Part shown: positions 8,767 through 18,468 of the stretch, piece by piece
Numbering within the stretch: position 1 is the first letter of the stretch
How the letters are laid out: the number at the start of each line of letters is the position of its first letter
Virus record (IMG/VR): IMGVR_UViG_3300027668_000008
Location: 1-64,000 of that record
Reading direction: 5' to 3' (one strand)
Length of the DNA: 64,000 bases
Translations under genes and position numbers: made by a program
The notes under the pieces: generated by a model
The model's database searches: none
Told to the model about the DNA's origin: nothing
The model's input: the letters and a program-made list of their open reading frames with translations, nothing else

Positions 8767-10021
8767 AGATAAGAAAAACTTCTGCCCGGCTCCCTTTGTA
8801 CATGGATACATTAATGCAAACAATAGAGCTCATAAACTATGTTGCATGAGTGATATTGTGGGCAGGTTTGATGGAACAAAGCCTTTGCAAGACACTTTCC
8901 AAGAGTTTTGGAATGGAGAGGTGATGCAAGACACAAGAAAGTCTTTTATGCAAGGAGAGTTTCCCAAGGCTTGTTGGTATTGTAAGGAACACGAAGAAAA
9001 AGACAACATCGCTGAAAGTCAAAGAATACAATTACTCGAACGTTATGAAAATAAACTAGACTTTGAAGAACTTGAGTTAGATATTGTAAACGGCAACAAA
9101 CATAACAAGCCATTAGATATTGATTTACGTCCTGGTAAACTATGCAATCTAAAATGCAGAAGTTGTAATACTGTTTGGAGTGATAAGATTGAAAAAGAAG
9201 TTTTAGCAAATCCAGAGATACAAGGCAAAGAATGGTATTGGGATACCATTACACAAAACAAAAAGTCAATGGATATTGTTAACAGCATCGACTGGGAAAG
9301 TGATGACTTTGATATCGTGAGTAATTTTGATTTAGATAATGTTAAATGGTTAAAAATGTCTGGCGGAGAGACACTAGTAGATAAACGTGTTATTAGAATG
9401 TTACAACGTGTGGCAGATACAGGTTATGCAAAAGGTATAAACTTACACCTGCTTACTAACGGTACAGTTAATCCTATTAAGTTAAGACCTGTGCTAGAAC
9501 AGTTTAAGGTGTTAACCATCAATACAAGTTTTGACGCAAGTGGATCGCTAAATGAATACTTAAGAACAAATTCTAACTACGACAAGTGTATCACAAACTT
9601 TAAAGACATATTTAAAATAAAGAATTTACAATGGCAAGGCATTAATGCAGTTATGCAAGTTACTAATGCTTTCAATATTGACGAATGGTATAGTGAATTA
9701 TATGAAATAGGCAAAGAAGCAGGCGGGGATAAGTTTAAAGGAATTAACTTACTGCCGTTAGTTGATCCTATGTATTTGTGTGTTGGTTGGTTAGATGAAG
9801 ATCATAAACAAATTATTCAAAGCAAGTTAGACATATTACTTAAACGTTATGCTAACAATAACGATATTGAAAAGAAATTAAAAGTTTTAAAAACAGAATT
9901 AAACCAAAAATTAGATGTAGAGTACGAAAAGGCAAGGTATGTAAGACATACAAAAGCATTAGATAAAATTAGGAATACAAATGTGTTAGATTTTGTACCA
10001 CAACTAGAGAGGTATATGTAA
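8756..10021 (+). CDS. Radical SAM enzyme, N-terminal twitch (class A, #5)
   Basis: FCPAPF..LCC..CWYC; CNLKCRSC; SGGET; DKIR. Confidence 0.9.
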   Translation: MMLKDKKNFCPAPFVHGYINANNRAHKLCCMSDIVGRFDGTKPLQDTFQEFWNGEVMQDTRKSFMQGEFPKACWYCKEHEEKDNIAESQRIQLLERYENKLDFEELELDIVNGNKHNKPLDIDLRPGKLCNLKCRSCNTVWSDKIEKEVLANPEIQGKEWYWDTITQNKKSMDIVNSIDWESDDFDIVSNFDLDNVKWLKMSGGETLVDKRVIRMLQRVADTGYAKGINLHLLTNGTVNPIKLRPVLEQFKVLTINTSFDASGSLNEYLRTNSNYDKCITNFKDIFKIKNLQWQGINAVMQVTNAFNIDEWYSELYEIGKEAGGDKFKGINLLPLVDPMYLCVGWLDEDHKQIIQSKLDILLKRYANNNDIEKKLKVLKTELNQKLDVEYEKARYVRHTKALDKIRNTNVLDFVPQLERYM

Positions 10022-10761
10022 TGGAATGGCTTGATATAATAAACAACAGGCACACAACGTTTGCTTGGGAAGAAGATAAGATACCAACAGAGGAAGAACT
10101 TGTGGACGTTCTGCAGGAGGTATTCGCACATATACCATCTAAAAATTTACAGTTTCCTTATCAAGTAAGACTTTTAAGGAATAATGATCCTGCGATAAGC
10201 AAAGAAATAATGACTATTTGTAAACGAAACGAACACAAAACAGATGAAGAAGATCTAGGAAATCCTCAAGTACTTGCTCCGTGGCTTATAGGATTTTGTT
10301 CTAGATATGTAGCAGACTTAGAGTCGAGATACGAATCAGACTCAACAAGAGGCCTAGACACGTTTGAACTTCCGGAAGTAGGCACTAGAGAAAGAAAAGC
10401 AAAAATACAAAATCGTGCTGGTAGTGAACGAGGACAAATGCAAACAGAAAATATTGAAATAGGTATTATGTCTACTTATATTATGTTAGCAATGGCTAAT
10501 AGAGGAATACAAACTGGTATGTGTCAAAACATACAAAGAGATTACACTAGAGCGGAAGAGATATTCGATATCGATAGTGATGTTAAAAACCTAGACTTTA
10601 GATTTATAATGGGAGTTGGGTATGGAAAAGATGCTAGTATAAAGCACGAGTACTTCGATCCTAGAATAGATAAAACAAAACTAATTCCGTTTAAGCCAGT
10701 TAATGTAGAAAAAGTATACCCTCGTCCTGTGTTCGACGATGTAATTAAGGTGGTAAAATAA
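10021..10761 (+). CDS. Nitroreductase-family flavoprotein
   Basis: I.NRHTTFAW (FMN-binding N-terminus), PSKNLQFPY, G..TGMC. Confidence 0.7.
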   Translation: MEWLDIINNRHTTFAWEEDKIPTEEELVDVLQEVFAHIPSKNLQFPYQVRLLRNNDPAISKEIMTICKRNEHKTDEEDLGNPQVLAPWLIGFCSRYVADLESRYESDSTRGLDTFELPEVGTRERKAKIQNRAGSERGQMQTENIEIGIMSTYIMLAMANRGIQTGMCQNIQRDYTRAEEIFDIDSDVKNLDFRFIMGVGYGKDASIKHEYFDPRIDKTKLIPFKPVNVEKVYPRPVFDDVIKVVK

Positions 10762-11918
10762 TGAAAAATACAATTTGTTCAGCACCTTGGCAAGCAACAT
10801 ACTATAAAGAAAGTATGGGCAAATACAAAATGTGTTGTAGTTTTAAAAAATGGACTAAAGCAGAAAGTCCTGAAGATTATTACAACTCGCCAATGGTAGA
10901 ATCTGTTAGGGAGAAAATGCTTAACGGAGAATGGCATGAAGGTTGTACACTTTGTCACAAATTAGAAAACGCGGGTCTTGAAAGTGATAGAGAAACATTT
11001 AATAAACATTTAGAAGTTGACAAATTAGATACAAGTAAGTTTGAACTTAAATGGTTAGATTATAGACCAGGAAACTTATGTAACTTAAAATGTAGAATGT
11101 GTCATTCTAGTAACAGTAGTTTAATCGATAAAGAAACAAAAAAACATCCTGAATTGAAAAAATTTATGGAGACAATACCTGAATACGAATCGGAATTATT
11201 ACCAAGTATTTGCAATGATGAAACCTTTAGAGATTTAGAAGTATTAAAAATATTAGGCGGTGAACCAACTATTGATCCACAAGTACAAAAATTACTAGAG
11301 TGGACAATTAGTAATGGATACGCAAAGAATATTAATTTGCGTTACACAACAAATGCAACAAACATAAATGAAAATTGGATTAAAGCAGTTAAACAATTTA
11401 AAACAACAAAGATTCAATTAAGTTTAGATGGCACAGGCAAAACATACGACTATATTAGAACAGGCGCCAATTGGCATAAAATTAAAGAAAATATTATGTT
11501 AATGCCTAAAAAGATTAATAACATTAGAAACATTGGTTCTAATATTGTGTTTAGTGTCTATGACTGTTTTACTATTGATCAGTGGTATCCAGAGTTGTTA
11601 GAAATAAAAGAAACTATGCAACGAGAATATGGTATAGACATTAACTTTAATATTATTGATTGTACTTGGCCCACTTATCAAATGGTATCTAATTTACCTG
11701 AGGAATACAAACAAATTGTAGTAGACAAAATCGATAGTATGCCAATGGATAAAGTTTTAAAAGCAGTTAGACATCACACTACTAAAAAAGCAAAAGGCAT
11801 ACCAGAAAAAGAAGTTGCTATGTTCTTTGAACATAACGATATGCTAGATAGAATTAGAAAAACAAATATCAATGATATAAGCGAACACTATGAAACACTT
11901 CGACAGAACACATTATAA
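10761..11918 (+). CDS. Radical SAM enzyme, N-terminal twitch (class A, #6)
   Basis: ICSAPW..MCC..CTLC; CNLKCRMC; LGGEP; DRIR. Confidence 0.9.
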   Translation: MKNTICSAPWQATYYKESMGKYKMCCSFKKWTKAESPEDYYNSPMVESVREKMLNGEWHEGCTLCHKLENAGLESDRETFNKHLEVDKLDTSKFELKWLDYRPGNLCNLKCRMCHSSNSSLIDKETKKHPELKKFMETIPEYESELLPSICNDETFRDLEVLKILGGEPTIDPQVQKLLEWTISNGYAKNINLRYTTNATNINENWIKAVKQFKTTKIQLSLDGTGKTYDYIRTGANWHKIKENIMLMPKKINNIRNIGSNIVFSVYDCFTIDQWYPELLEIKETMQREYGIDINFNIIDCTWPTYQMVSNLPEEYKQIVVDKIDSMPMDKVLKAVRHHTTKKAKGIPEKEVAMFFEHNDMLDRIRKTNINDISEHYETLRQNTL

Positions 11919-13401
11919 AGATCCAGAACATTACGAACAGAGTATAAAAGATAAAGGTTGTTCAGGCTTTTGTCCTATACCCTGGGTTAGTCTAGGAGTT
12001 AATAACAACGGTGACTATCGTATGTGTGTTCAAGCCGCGGCTAATAGAAAAAATAACATCAGAGGACAATGTAAAGGCCCTGACGGTGTTACTATGCGTA
12101 TCGAAGACACTAGCATTGCCGATAGTCGTAACAGCGAAGTAATGAAAGAAACAAGACGTGATATGATTGCAGGCAAGAGAAGTGATCATTGCGTTCGTTG
12201 TAACAGAGAAGATGATGCTGGTAGTAACAGCCGACGTTGGCTTGACTTAAAGAAGTATTGGCAAGAGTTTGACATCGACGATGCAATAGAGAATACAGCC
12301 AAAGATGGTAGCATAGACACAGAGGAATATCCATTATTAGACTTAGACTTACGTTTAGATAACACTTGTAACTTGAAGTGTCGTATGTGTGGGCCTACTG
12401 AGAGTCATCAATGGTACACTGAATGGATGAAGACAACAGGATACAAAAAGTTTAAAGCGTATGACCACACTGTTAATTTAGAAATGCAAGGTAGCCGAGC
12501 TAAAATAGTTGGTAAGAGTCCATATGGCTGGAGCGACAGAATCGATGTTGCAGAGATACTTCAGAAAGATGCACCTCACTTAAAACAAATATATATGAGT
12601 GGAGGCGAACCTTTAATCATTAATCAACAGTACGAAGTATTACAACAGTATATCGATAATGGTACTGCAAAAGACTTAGAGATCGATTACAATACAAACT
12701 TTACAAGTATTCCACAACGTGCATTAGATCAATGGAAACACTTTAGACAGGTTAACATTGGTGGAAGTGTAGACGGTATCGATAAAGTAAACGACTACGT
12801 TAGGTATCCAAGTAAGTGGACACAGATAAAAGAGAACATAACAAAATTAGATACCCAAACAGAAGATAATGTAACGTGTTGGTTAACATACACCTGGCAA
12901 ATATTAAATGTGTTAAGTGTTACAGACATTATAGAGTATTGTTTAGAGCAAGACTTTGTTAAGTTTAATCGATATAGTCAAAGTGCTTTCTTTACATATC
13001 ACCCTGTGCATAATCCTGCATATTATTGTGTAACTAGTCTGCCAGACCCTGCAAAAGAGTATGTAACAAAGTATATAACTGATTGGATGAATGGTTGGTT
13101 TAAAGAATGGTGTGATAGTAAGCCTAGAGACTATAAAATGTCTAACAGTAATTATGAAATGAGAAACCATGGTAAGATTACAAGAGATTGGGACAATGGC
13201 CCTGATGCTTTATATGAAATCACTTGCAAACAATTGAATAGTATGTTACAATTTATGAATGCACGAAGTACAGTAGAGGAACTACCTGAAATGTGGAGAC
13301 GTACACGCATTTTAGATGAAAGTAGAGGAGAAAACTTTGAAGAAGTTTATCCTGAACTTGCAGTTCATATTAAAAAACACTTAGGCATTAGTAATGATTA
13401 A
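11890..13401 (+). CDS. Radical SAM enzyme, N-terminal twitch (class A, #7)
   Basis: FCPIPW..MC..CVRC; CNLKCRMC; SGGEP; DESR. Confidence 0.9.
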   Translation: MKHFDRTHYKDPEHYEQSIKDKGCSGFCPIPWVSLGVNNNGDYRMCVQAAANRKNNIRGQCKGPDGVTMRIEDTSIADSRNSEVMKETRRDMIAGKRSDHCVRCNREDDAGSNSRRWLDLKKYWQEFDIDDAIENTAKDGSIDTEEYPLLDLDLRLDNTCNLKCRMCGPTESHQWYTEWMKTTGYKKFKAYDHTVNLEMQGSRAKIVGKSPYGWSDRIDVAEILQKDAPHLKQIYMSGGEPLIINQQYEVLQQYIDNGTAKDLEIDYNTNFTSIPQRALDQWKHFRQVNIGGSVDGIDKVNDYVRYPSKWTQIKENITKLDTQTEDNVTCWLTYTWQILNVLSVTDIIEYCLEQDFVKFNRYSQSAFFTYHPVHNPAYYCVTSLPDPAKEYVTKYITDWMNGWFKEWCDSKPRDYKMSNSNYEMRNHGKITRDWDNGPDALYEITCKQLNSMLQFMNARSTVEELPEMWRRTRILDESRGENFEEVYPELAVHIKKHLGISND

Positions 13402-14488
13402 ATTACAAGATTTAGAATCAATACAATTAGAAATTACAAGTAATTGTAATGCCATGTGTTTAGATTGTGCTAGAAACATTGATGGAGTAAAACTTAATCC
13501 ATATGTAGAGTTTGGTAAAGCAGGAAACATGAGCTTTGAATTATTTAAAAGTATACTTAACAAAAAGACATTACCTAACTTTAAGAAGTTAGAACTAGAT
13601 GGTAACTTTGGTGATAGTTTAATACACCCACAGAGTTACGAGTTTATGGAATACTATTGTAATGAGTTTCCAGGAACTAATATCGAGATTAATTCTAATG
13701 GATCTTATAATGACACAGACTGGTGGTATAAGTTAGGAAAGTTATTATCCACACATCTTAATAGGAGACCGGAGCATATTAAGTTTGGTATAGATGGAGT
13801 AGACTTTGAAACACACGGAATATATAGACGTAACTTAGATTACAATAAAATTATAGATAACGCAACAGCATTTATGGCAGGTGGAGGTGTTGCTACATGG
13901 AAGTTTTTAGAGTTCGACCATAATACACATCAAGTTGAACAAGCAAGACAACTAGCAAAAGAATTAGGATTTCAAAGATTTTATTTGAAAGCAACAAGGA
14001 ATAAAACAAGAGTAATTGAAGAAACTTTAGATAATAAATCTTATAAGGTAACTGGACAAGCAACAAAGAAAAAAGAACATATTGAAATAGATTCAATGGA
14101 TAAGGCTACAAGAAATGTTTTAGAAACTCATATAAAAAGTATTGTAAGTGATACTGAAAACTTTTATGATACAAGTACAGTCCGTTGTCCATGGCAAAGA
14201 CGTAAGATGATACAAATAGACTACGATGGTAGAATATATCAATGTTGTCATATTGGTGGAAAATATGGTAGAACAAAGAACTTTAAACATAAAGAGTATC
14301 AATATTACATTGACAAATATGGCATCGATTGGAATAACTTAAATATACATACAATACAAGAAGTTTTTGATCATCCATACTGGAAAGACCTCGACGAAAG
14401 TTTTAACAACAGTATACATGATAAATCAAATCCAAGAATTAAAAGATGCGTTGAAAAATGTTCAGCGGAATTATGGAGTAATGCATGA
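13394..14488 (+). CDS. Radical SAM enzyme, C-terminal SPASM (class B, #8)
   Basis: CNAMCLDC; GNFGDS; CPW..YQCC..CVEKC. Confidence 0.9.
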   Translation: MIKLQDLESIQLEITSNCNAMCLDCARNIDGVKLNPYVEFGKAGNMSFELFKSILNKKTLPNFKKLELDGNFGDSLIHPQSYEFMEYYCNEFPGTNIEINSNGSYNDTDWWYKLGKLLSTHLNRRPEHIKFGIDGVDFETHGIYRRNLDYNKIIDNATAFMAGGGVATWKFLEFDHNTHQVEQARQLAKELGFQRFYLKATRNKTRVIEETLDNKSYKVTGQATKKKEHIEIDSMDKATRNVLETHIKSIVSDTENFYDTSTVRCPWQRRKMIQIDYDGRIYQCCHIGGKYGRTKNFKHKEYQYYIDKYGIDWNNLNIHTIQEVFDHPYWKDLDESFNNSIHDKSNPRIKRCVEKCSAELWSNA

Positions 14489-15813
14489 GTAAAACATTTT
14501 GTCCAATACCTTGGAACTTTCAGGCTATTAGAAATAATGGCGACATTCGTATTTGCTGTCAAGCAAACGTAACAAAGAATCAAGGTGTAGTTAGACATAA
14601 AGACGGCACTCCGTATAATGCAGGTAAGCATAGTATGAAGCAGGCTCGTAATGCAGACTTAATGAAAGCAGTTCGAAAGAATATGCTTGAAGGTAAGTGG
14701 AGCGACGAATGTACTCGTTGTAAGCAAGAAGAAGACGTAGGACTTAACAGTAGACGTCAATACGAATTGCAAACATGGAAAGAATTTGATATACGACAAG
14801 CACAAGTGTTGACATCAGAAGATGGAACTATTGATACTAGCAATTCTCCTGTTGTTTATTATGATTTACGGTTTGGTAACTTATGCAATCTACAATGTAG
14901 AATGTGTGGACCAACAGATAGTCATAGTTGGTATGAACAGTGGACAGACTATCATAAAGAAGATGGCTTCCAAGACACACATGGTTATGTTAAACTTGAA
15001 CGTAATGCAAAAGGTAGGCTAGACACTGATGATTATAGTTGGCATGGCTCTACTAGTTTTTGGAATAACATTGAAAAGAATTTAGATAATATTCGACACG
15101 TTTATATGGCAGGCGGCGAACCTATGATGATCGAAAGACATTACGAGTTCCTAGAGAAGTGTGTAAAGAAAGGTGTTGCTAAGAATATATTAATTGAATA
15201 CAATACTAACATGACAGCATTGCCTGATAGAGTATTAGAGTATTGGAAACATTTTAAAGAAGTAAGAGTTGGTGCTAGTATAGATGGTATGGGCAAAGTA
15301 CTAGAGTATCAACGTTATCCAATTAAATGGGAACAAGCAAAGAAGAATTTAGATAAGTTAGATAAGTTCTGCCAAGAGAACAGCAACGTAATGGCATGGA
15401 TCGCTTATACAGTAACAGTAAACAATATATGGCACTTGCCGGAGTTTATGTTATGGAAAGTTAATGCTAGTGGGTGGAAGAAGATTAATAGTACATTAAA
15501 GAGACCTGTTATAACTCACCATGTTGCACATGGACCCAGACGTGCTAACATTAGGTTACTTCCTGAGGATATGAAAGACGAATTAGAATTATTTTATACA
15601 GGTTGGAAGAAGATTTTCGAAGGAGAGTTTACTGATTTACAGACAGAAAAGGCTTGCAAAATACTAGATAGTGTGTTACAATATTGTAAATCAGAAGATT
15701 ACTCTGATGCATTACCTGAGTTTAAGAAGTTTACAAAGTATTTAGACATATCAAGAAACCAAAGTATACTCGATGTTGCTCCTAGATACAAACGATTGTT
15801 CGACAATGATTAA
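14485..15813 (+). CDS. Radical SAM enzyme, N-terminal twitch (class A, #9)
   Basis: FCPIPW..ICC..CTRC; CNLQCRMC; AGGEP; DISR. Confidence 0.9.
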   Translation: MSKTFCPIPWNFQAIRNNGDIRICCQANVTKNQGVVRHKDGTPYNAGKHSMKQARNADLMKAVRKNMLEGKWSDECTRCKQEEDVGLNSRRQYELQTWKEFDIRQAQVLTSEDGTIDTSNSPVVYYDLRFGNLCNLQCRMCGPTDSHSWYEQWTDYHKEDGFQDTHGYVKLERNAKGRLDTDDYSWHGSTSFWNNIEKNLDNIRHVYMAGGEPMMIERHYEFLEKCVKKGVAKNILIEYNTNMTALPDRVLEYWKHFKEVRVGASIDGMGKVLEYQRYPIKWEQAKKNLDKLDKFCQENSNVMAWIAYTVTVNNIWHLPEFMLWKVNASGWKKINSTLKRPVITHHVAHGPRRANIRLLPEDMKDELELFYTGWKKIFEGEFTDLQTEKACKILDSVLQYCKSEDYSDALPEFKKFTKYLDISRNQSILDVAPRYKRLFDND

Positions 15814-16525
15814 AGAAGGATACGAAGGACTTAACAATTCAGTATATTTGGAAGGTGGGTTTAGAATACAAATAGAATCCAGCACAAGATGTAACTGCTT
15901 ATGTCCTGGTTGCTCTAGAACAAAGACTAAAGCAAAGTATGATGCAGGTGAGAGTGAACTTATGTATCCTATTATGGATATGAGTTTAGATAATTTTAAA
16001 CTGTTAGTTCGTCCTGAGAATAATATTAAACGTATAACATATAGTCTTACATTAGGAGATCCTATATACAGTGGATCGTTTTTAGAACAAGTGCATTACT
16101 TAAATACTTTAGATAAACGTCCTTGGATTAATTTACATACTAACGGCAGTGGTCGTTCTAAAGATTGGTGGAGTAAACTAGGTAAACTACTACGAGGTAG
16201 AGATAGAGTTGAGTTTACTATTGATGGACTAGAAGATACAAATAAGATTTATAGAATTAACTCAAAGTGGAATACAGTTATAGATGGCTTTAAGGCTTTA
16301 AAGACGAGTATAAATGAAATAGATAGTGATGCTGAAGTAGATGTAAGACATCTTATATTCGAACACAACTATCACCAAACACTAGATGTTTGTAAACTCG
16401 CACAAGACTTAAAGGCAAACACGTTGCGTATATTTGTTGGAGATGGCAGAACACCAGAACATATGAGATTAAAGAGTAAACAGTGGAACGACATTAAAGG
16501 AGAGATAGATGCCTATTTACCCTAA
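15806..16525 (+). CDS. Radical SAM core only (class B, #10; SPASM domain in the next ORF)
   Basis: CNCLCPGC; TLGDP; FTIDG. Likely ATG at 15806, overlapping the previous stop (the track starts at 15773). Confidence 0.85.
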   Translation: MIKEGYEGLNNSVYLEGGFRIQIESSTRCNCLCPGCSRTKTKAKYDAGESELMYPIMDMSLDNFKLLVRPENNIKRITYSLTLGDPIYSGSFLEQVHYLNTLDKRPWINLHTNGSGRSKDWWSKLGKLLRGRDRVEFTIDGLEDTNKIYRINSKWNTVIDGFKALKTSINEIDSDAEVDVRHLIFEHNYHQTLDVCKLAQDLKANTLRIFVGDGRTPEHMRLKSKQWNDIKGEIDAYLP

Positions 16526-16859
16526 ATGTAAATACAGAGATGACCAGCCACCTATCCTAAGAGTAGATGGATATGTTGGACCTTGTTGTCACTTCGGCGG
16601 CGAGTCTCCGTGGTTCGACTTAAAAAATTTACTTGGAGATAAAATAGAACAACTGCATATCTCAAACGGCACAATGGATGAAATTAATCGTAGTGAAGCA
16701 AGTTACATGATAGAACAAAGTTTTACAGATGCTCCAATGGATAGTTGTAAACAAATGTGTGGCAAACCGTTCTTACAAACAAGTAAGGAAGGCGGCTTCT
16801 CTACAGCAAACGACAGAGTAATGATTAAAAACTTAATAAAAAGTAGATTAGATGACTGA
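16509..16859 (+). CDS. Stand-alone SPASM/twitch Fe-S domain protein
   Basis: CKY..RVDGYVGPCCHF..CKQMC matches the C-termini of the class B enzymes; AAGGAG RBS upstream. Confidence 0.8.
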   Translation: MPIYPKCKYRDDQPPILRVDGYVGPCCHFGGESPWFDLKNLLGDKIEQLHISNGTMDEINRSEASYMIEQSFTDAPMDSCKQMCGKPFLQTSKEGGFSTANDRVMIKNLIKSRLDD

Positions 16860-17958
16860 TTTAAAAACAAGTGAATATGACTTTAGTGCTATACCCTTTG
16901 ACGATTTAGTTAGTGTTGGGCAACGTACTTTACTTCATAGAGATATTTTTACAGTTAGTTGGCTACTAGGAAGATTTTGTAACTACAAATGTTCTTATTG
17001 TTGGCCCTATGCTCGTAGTGATAGAAAAGACCATAGACCTACGGAACTATGTCTATCAACTATTGACGAAATTAAGAGACAGGCAAGAGACAATGGCTTT
17101 AATAGTTTTCATTTTAGTTTAAGTGGAGGCGAGCCAACTTTTCATCCTGGTTACTTAGATATTTTAAAACATTTAAGTGACGATGCTCACAATACAAACT
17201 ACACAAGTGTACACATGACTAGTAATTGTAGTCGTAACATGAAGTGGTTTGAAACGTATGTCGATTACGCAAGTAAGTTTCACCGTGCTAGTATTACTTG
17301 TAGTCTACACGTTGAACACGTCGACACACCTGAGAAAATGCAGGACCTTGCAAACAAACTTATACTATGTCAAGAACATGATGTACAAGTAACTATTAAT
17401 ATGGTTATGGTTCCAGAAGTATTTGACAAGTATTATGAGAATGCATTGTTCTTTCATAATCAGAACATTAACGTAACTTTAAAGCCTATGAGTGATCCAA
17501 CTGCAAGTAGAGTCGTTGATGGTTATACAGAGGAAATGAAGCAAAAACTGTATAATGATATGCCACAACGTGCATATACTGAGATTAAAAATAAATACGT
17601 TAGTAGACCAAAGCCCAATTGGAAGCCTTTACCAGAAATGAAATTGGACAATGGAACAGTACCTCAGCATTTTCAAGTAGAGTTTGAAGATAATAAAGGC
17701 AAGAAATGGTACATGGATCAAGCAGAACGCTTTAATGCGTTTAATTTTAATAAATTTACTGGTTGGCAATGCAATGCAGGGTTCCAAGGAATTATAATAA
17801 GAGAACCAGACGGCTCAATTAAGAGAAGTTATAGTTGCAGTGACAGTCCACTAGGAAATATCGAAACAGGGTTTAAGTTATTTAATAAACCGATGCCTTG
17901 TATTTCAAACTCGTGTGTATCTAGTGCAGACAGTAAGATTCCAAAAAGGAAAGAATGA
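16852..17958 (+). CDS. Radical SAM enzyme with C-terminal Cys cluster (third type, #11)
   Basis: CNYKCSYC; SGGEP; WQCNAG..SYSC..C..SCVS. Confidence 0.9.
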   Translation: MTDLKTSEYDFSAIPFDDLVSVGQRTLLHRDIFTVSWLLGRFCNYKCSYCWPYARSDRKDHRPTELCLSTIDEIKRQARDNGFNSFHFSLSGGEPTFHPGYLDILKHLSDDAHNTNYTSVHMTSNCSRNMKWFETYVDYASKFHRASITCSLHVEHVDTPEKMQDLANKLILCQEHDVQVTINMVMVPEVFDKYYENALFFHNQNINVTLKPMSDPTASRVVDGYTEEMKQKLYNDMPQRAYTEIKNKYVSRPKPNWKPLPEMKLDNGTVPQHFQVEFEDNKGKKWYMDQAERFNAFNFNKFTGWQCNAGFQGIIIREPDGSIKRSYSCSDSPLGNIETGFKLFNKPMPCISNSCVSSADSKIPKRKE

Positions 17959-18134
17959 GTAACAACGACGACAAACGAAAACAAAGAGATCCGAAAGGAA
18001 TATTCGCGGGAATGGACGACGAATCGTTTAGTAAGTTAACTAAAACTTACGGAACAAATCCATCAAGTAAACGCCCGATCAATCAACAGAGTAAAAAACA
18101 TGACAGACAAAACAAAAGAAGAAATAATAGTTGA
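17955..18134 (+). CDS. 59-aa basic hydrophilic peptide (MSNNDDKRKQ...), not in the ORF track
   Basis: ATG overlaps the stop of rSAM #11 (ATGA); open to TGA at 18132-18134. Confidence 0.45.
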   Translation: MSNNDDKRKQRDPKGIFAGMDDESFSKLTKTYGTNPSSKRPINQQSKKHDRQNKRRNNS

Positions 18135-18468
18135 GATTAAAAAAGTTGTAGAAGAATATGTACAACCTAATGTAGCACAACATGGTGGAACTGTTACACT
18201 CGAAGACTTTGATATGGAAACTGGACAAGCAACAATGCTAATGAGCGGAAGTTGTTCAGGCTGTGCAAGTAGTATGATGACACTTAAAATGGGTGTTGAG
18301 AATATGCTTAAACATTACATACAAGAAGTTAAAAGTGTAGTCGGTGTAGATGATCCCGCTTTCAATAATCCTTATTATACCAATGCAGAATTTTATGATG
18401 ATTGGCGTGAGGAAGACTTTTTCGAACAAGGTGAGACACAGGTGTTAAATGATCCAATCAAAAATTAA
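18100..18468 (+). CDS. nfuA: NifU/NfuA C-terminal-domain Fe-S carrier
   Basis: V.P.VAQHGG.V....; GSCSGCASS (CxxC); TLK.GVE..L. Confidence 0.85.
   Translation: MTDKTKEEIIVEIKKVVEEYVQPNVAQHGGTVTLEDFDMETGQATMLMSGSCSGCASSMMTLKMGVENMLKHYIQEVKSVVGVDDPAFNNPYYTNAEFYDDWREEDFFEQGETQVLNDPIKN

Noticed and set aside
16500-16530. Programmed frameshift joining the rSAM core to the SPASM ORF
   Set aside because: No slippery heptamer or stimulatory hairpin is evident, and the downstream ORF has its own RBS and ATG
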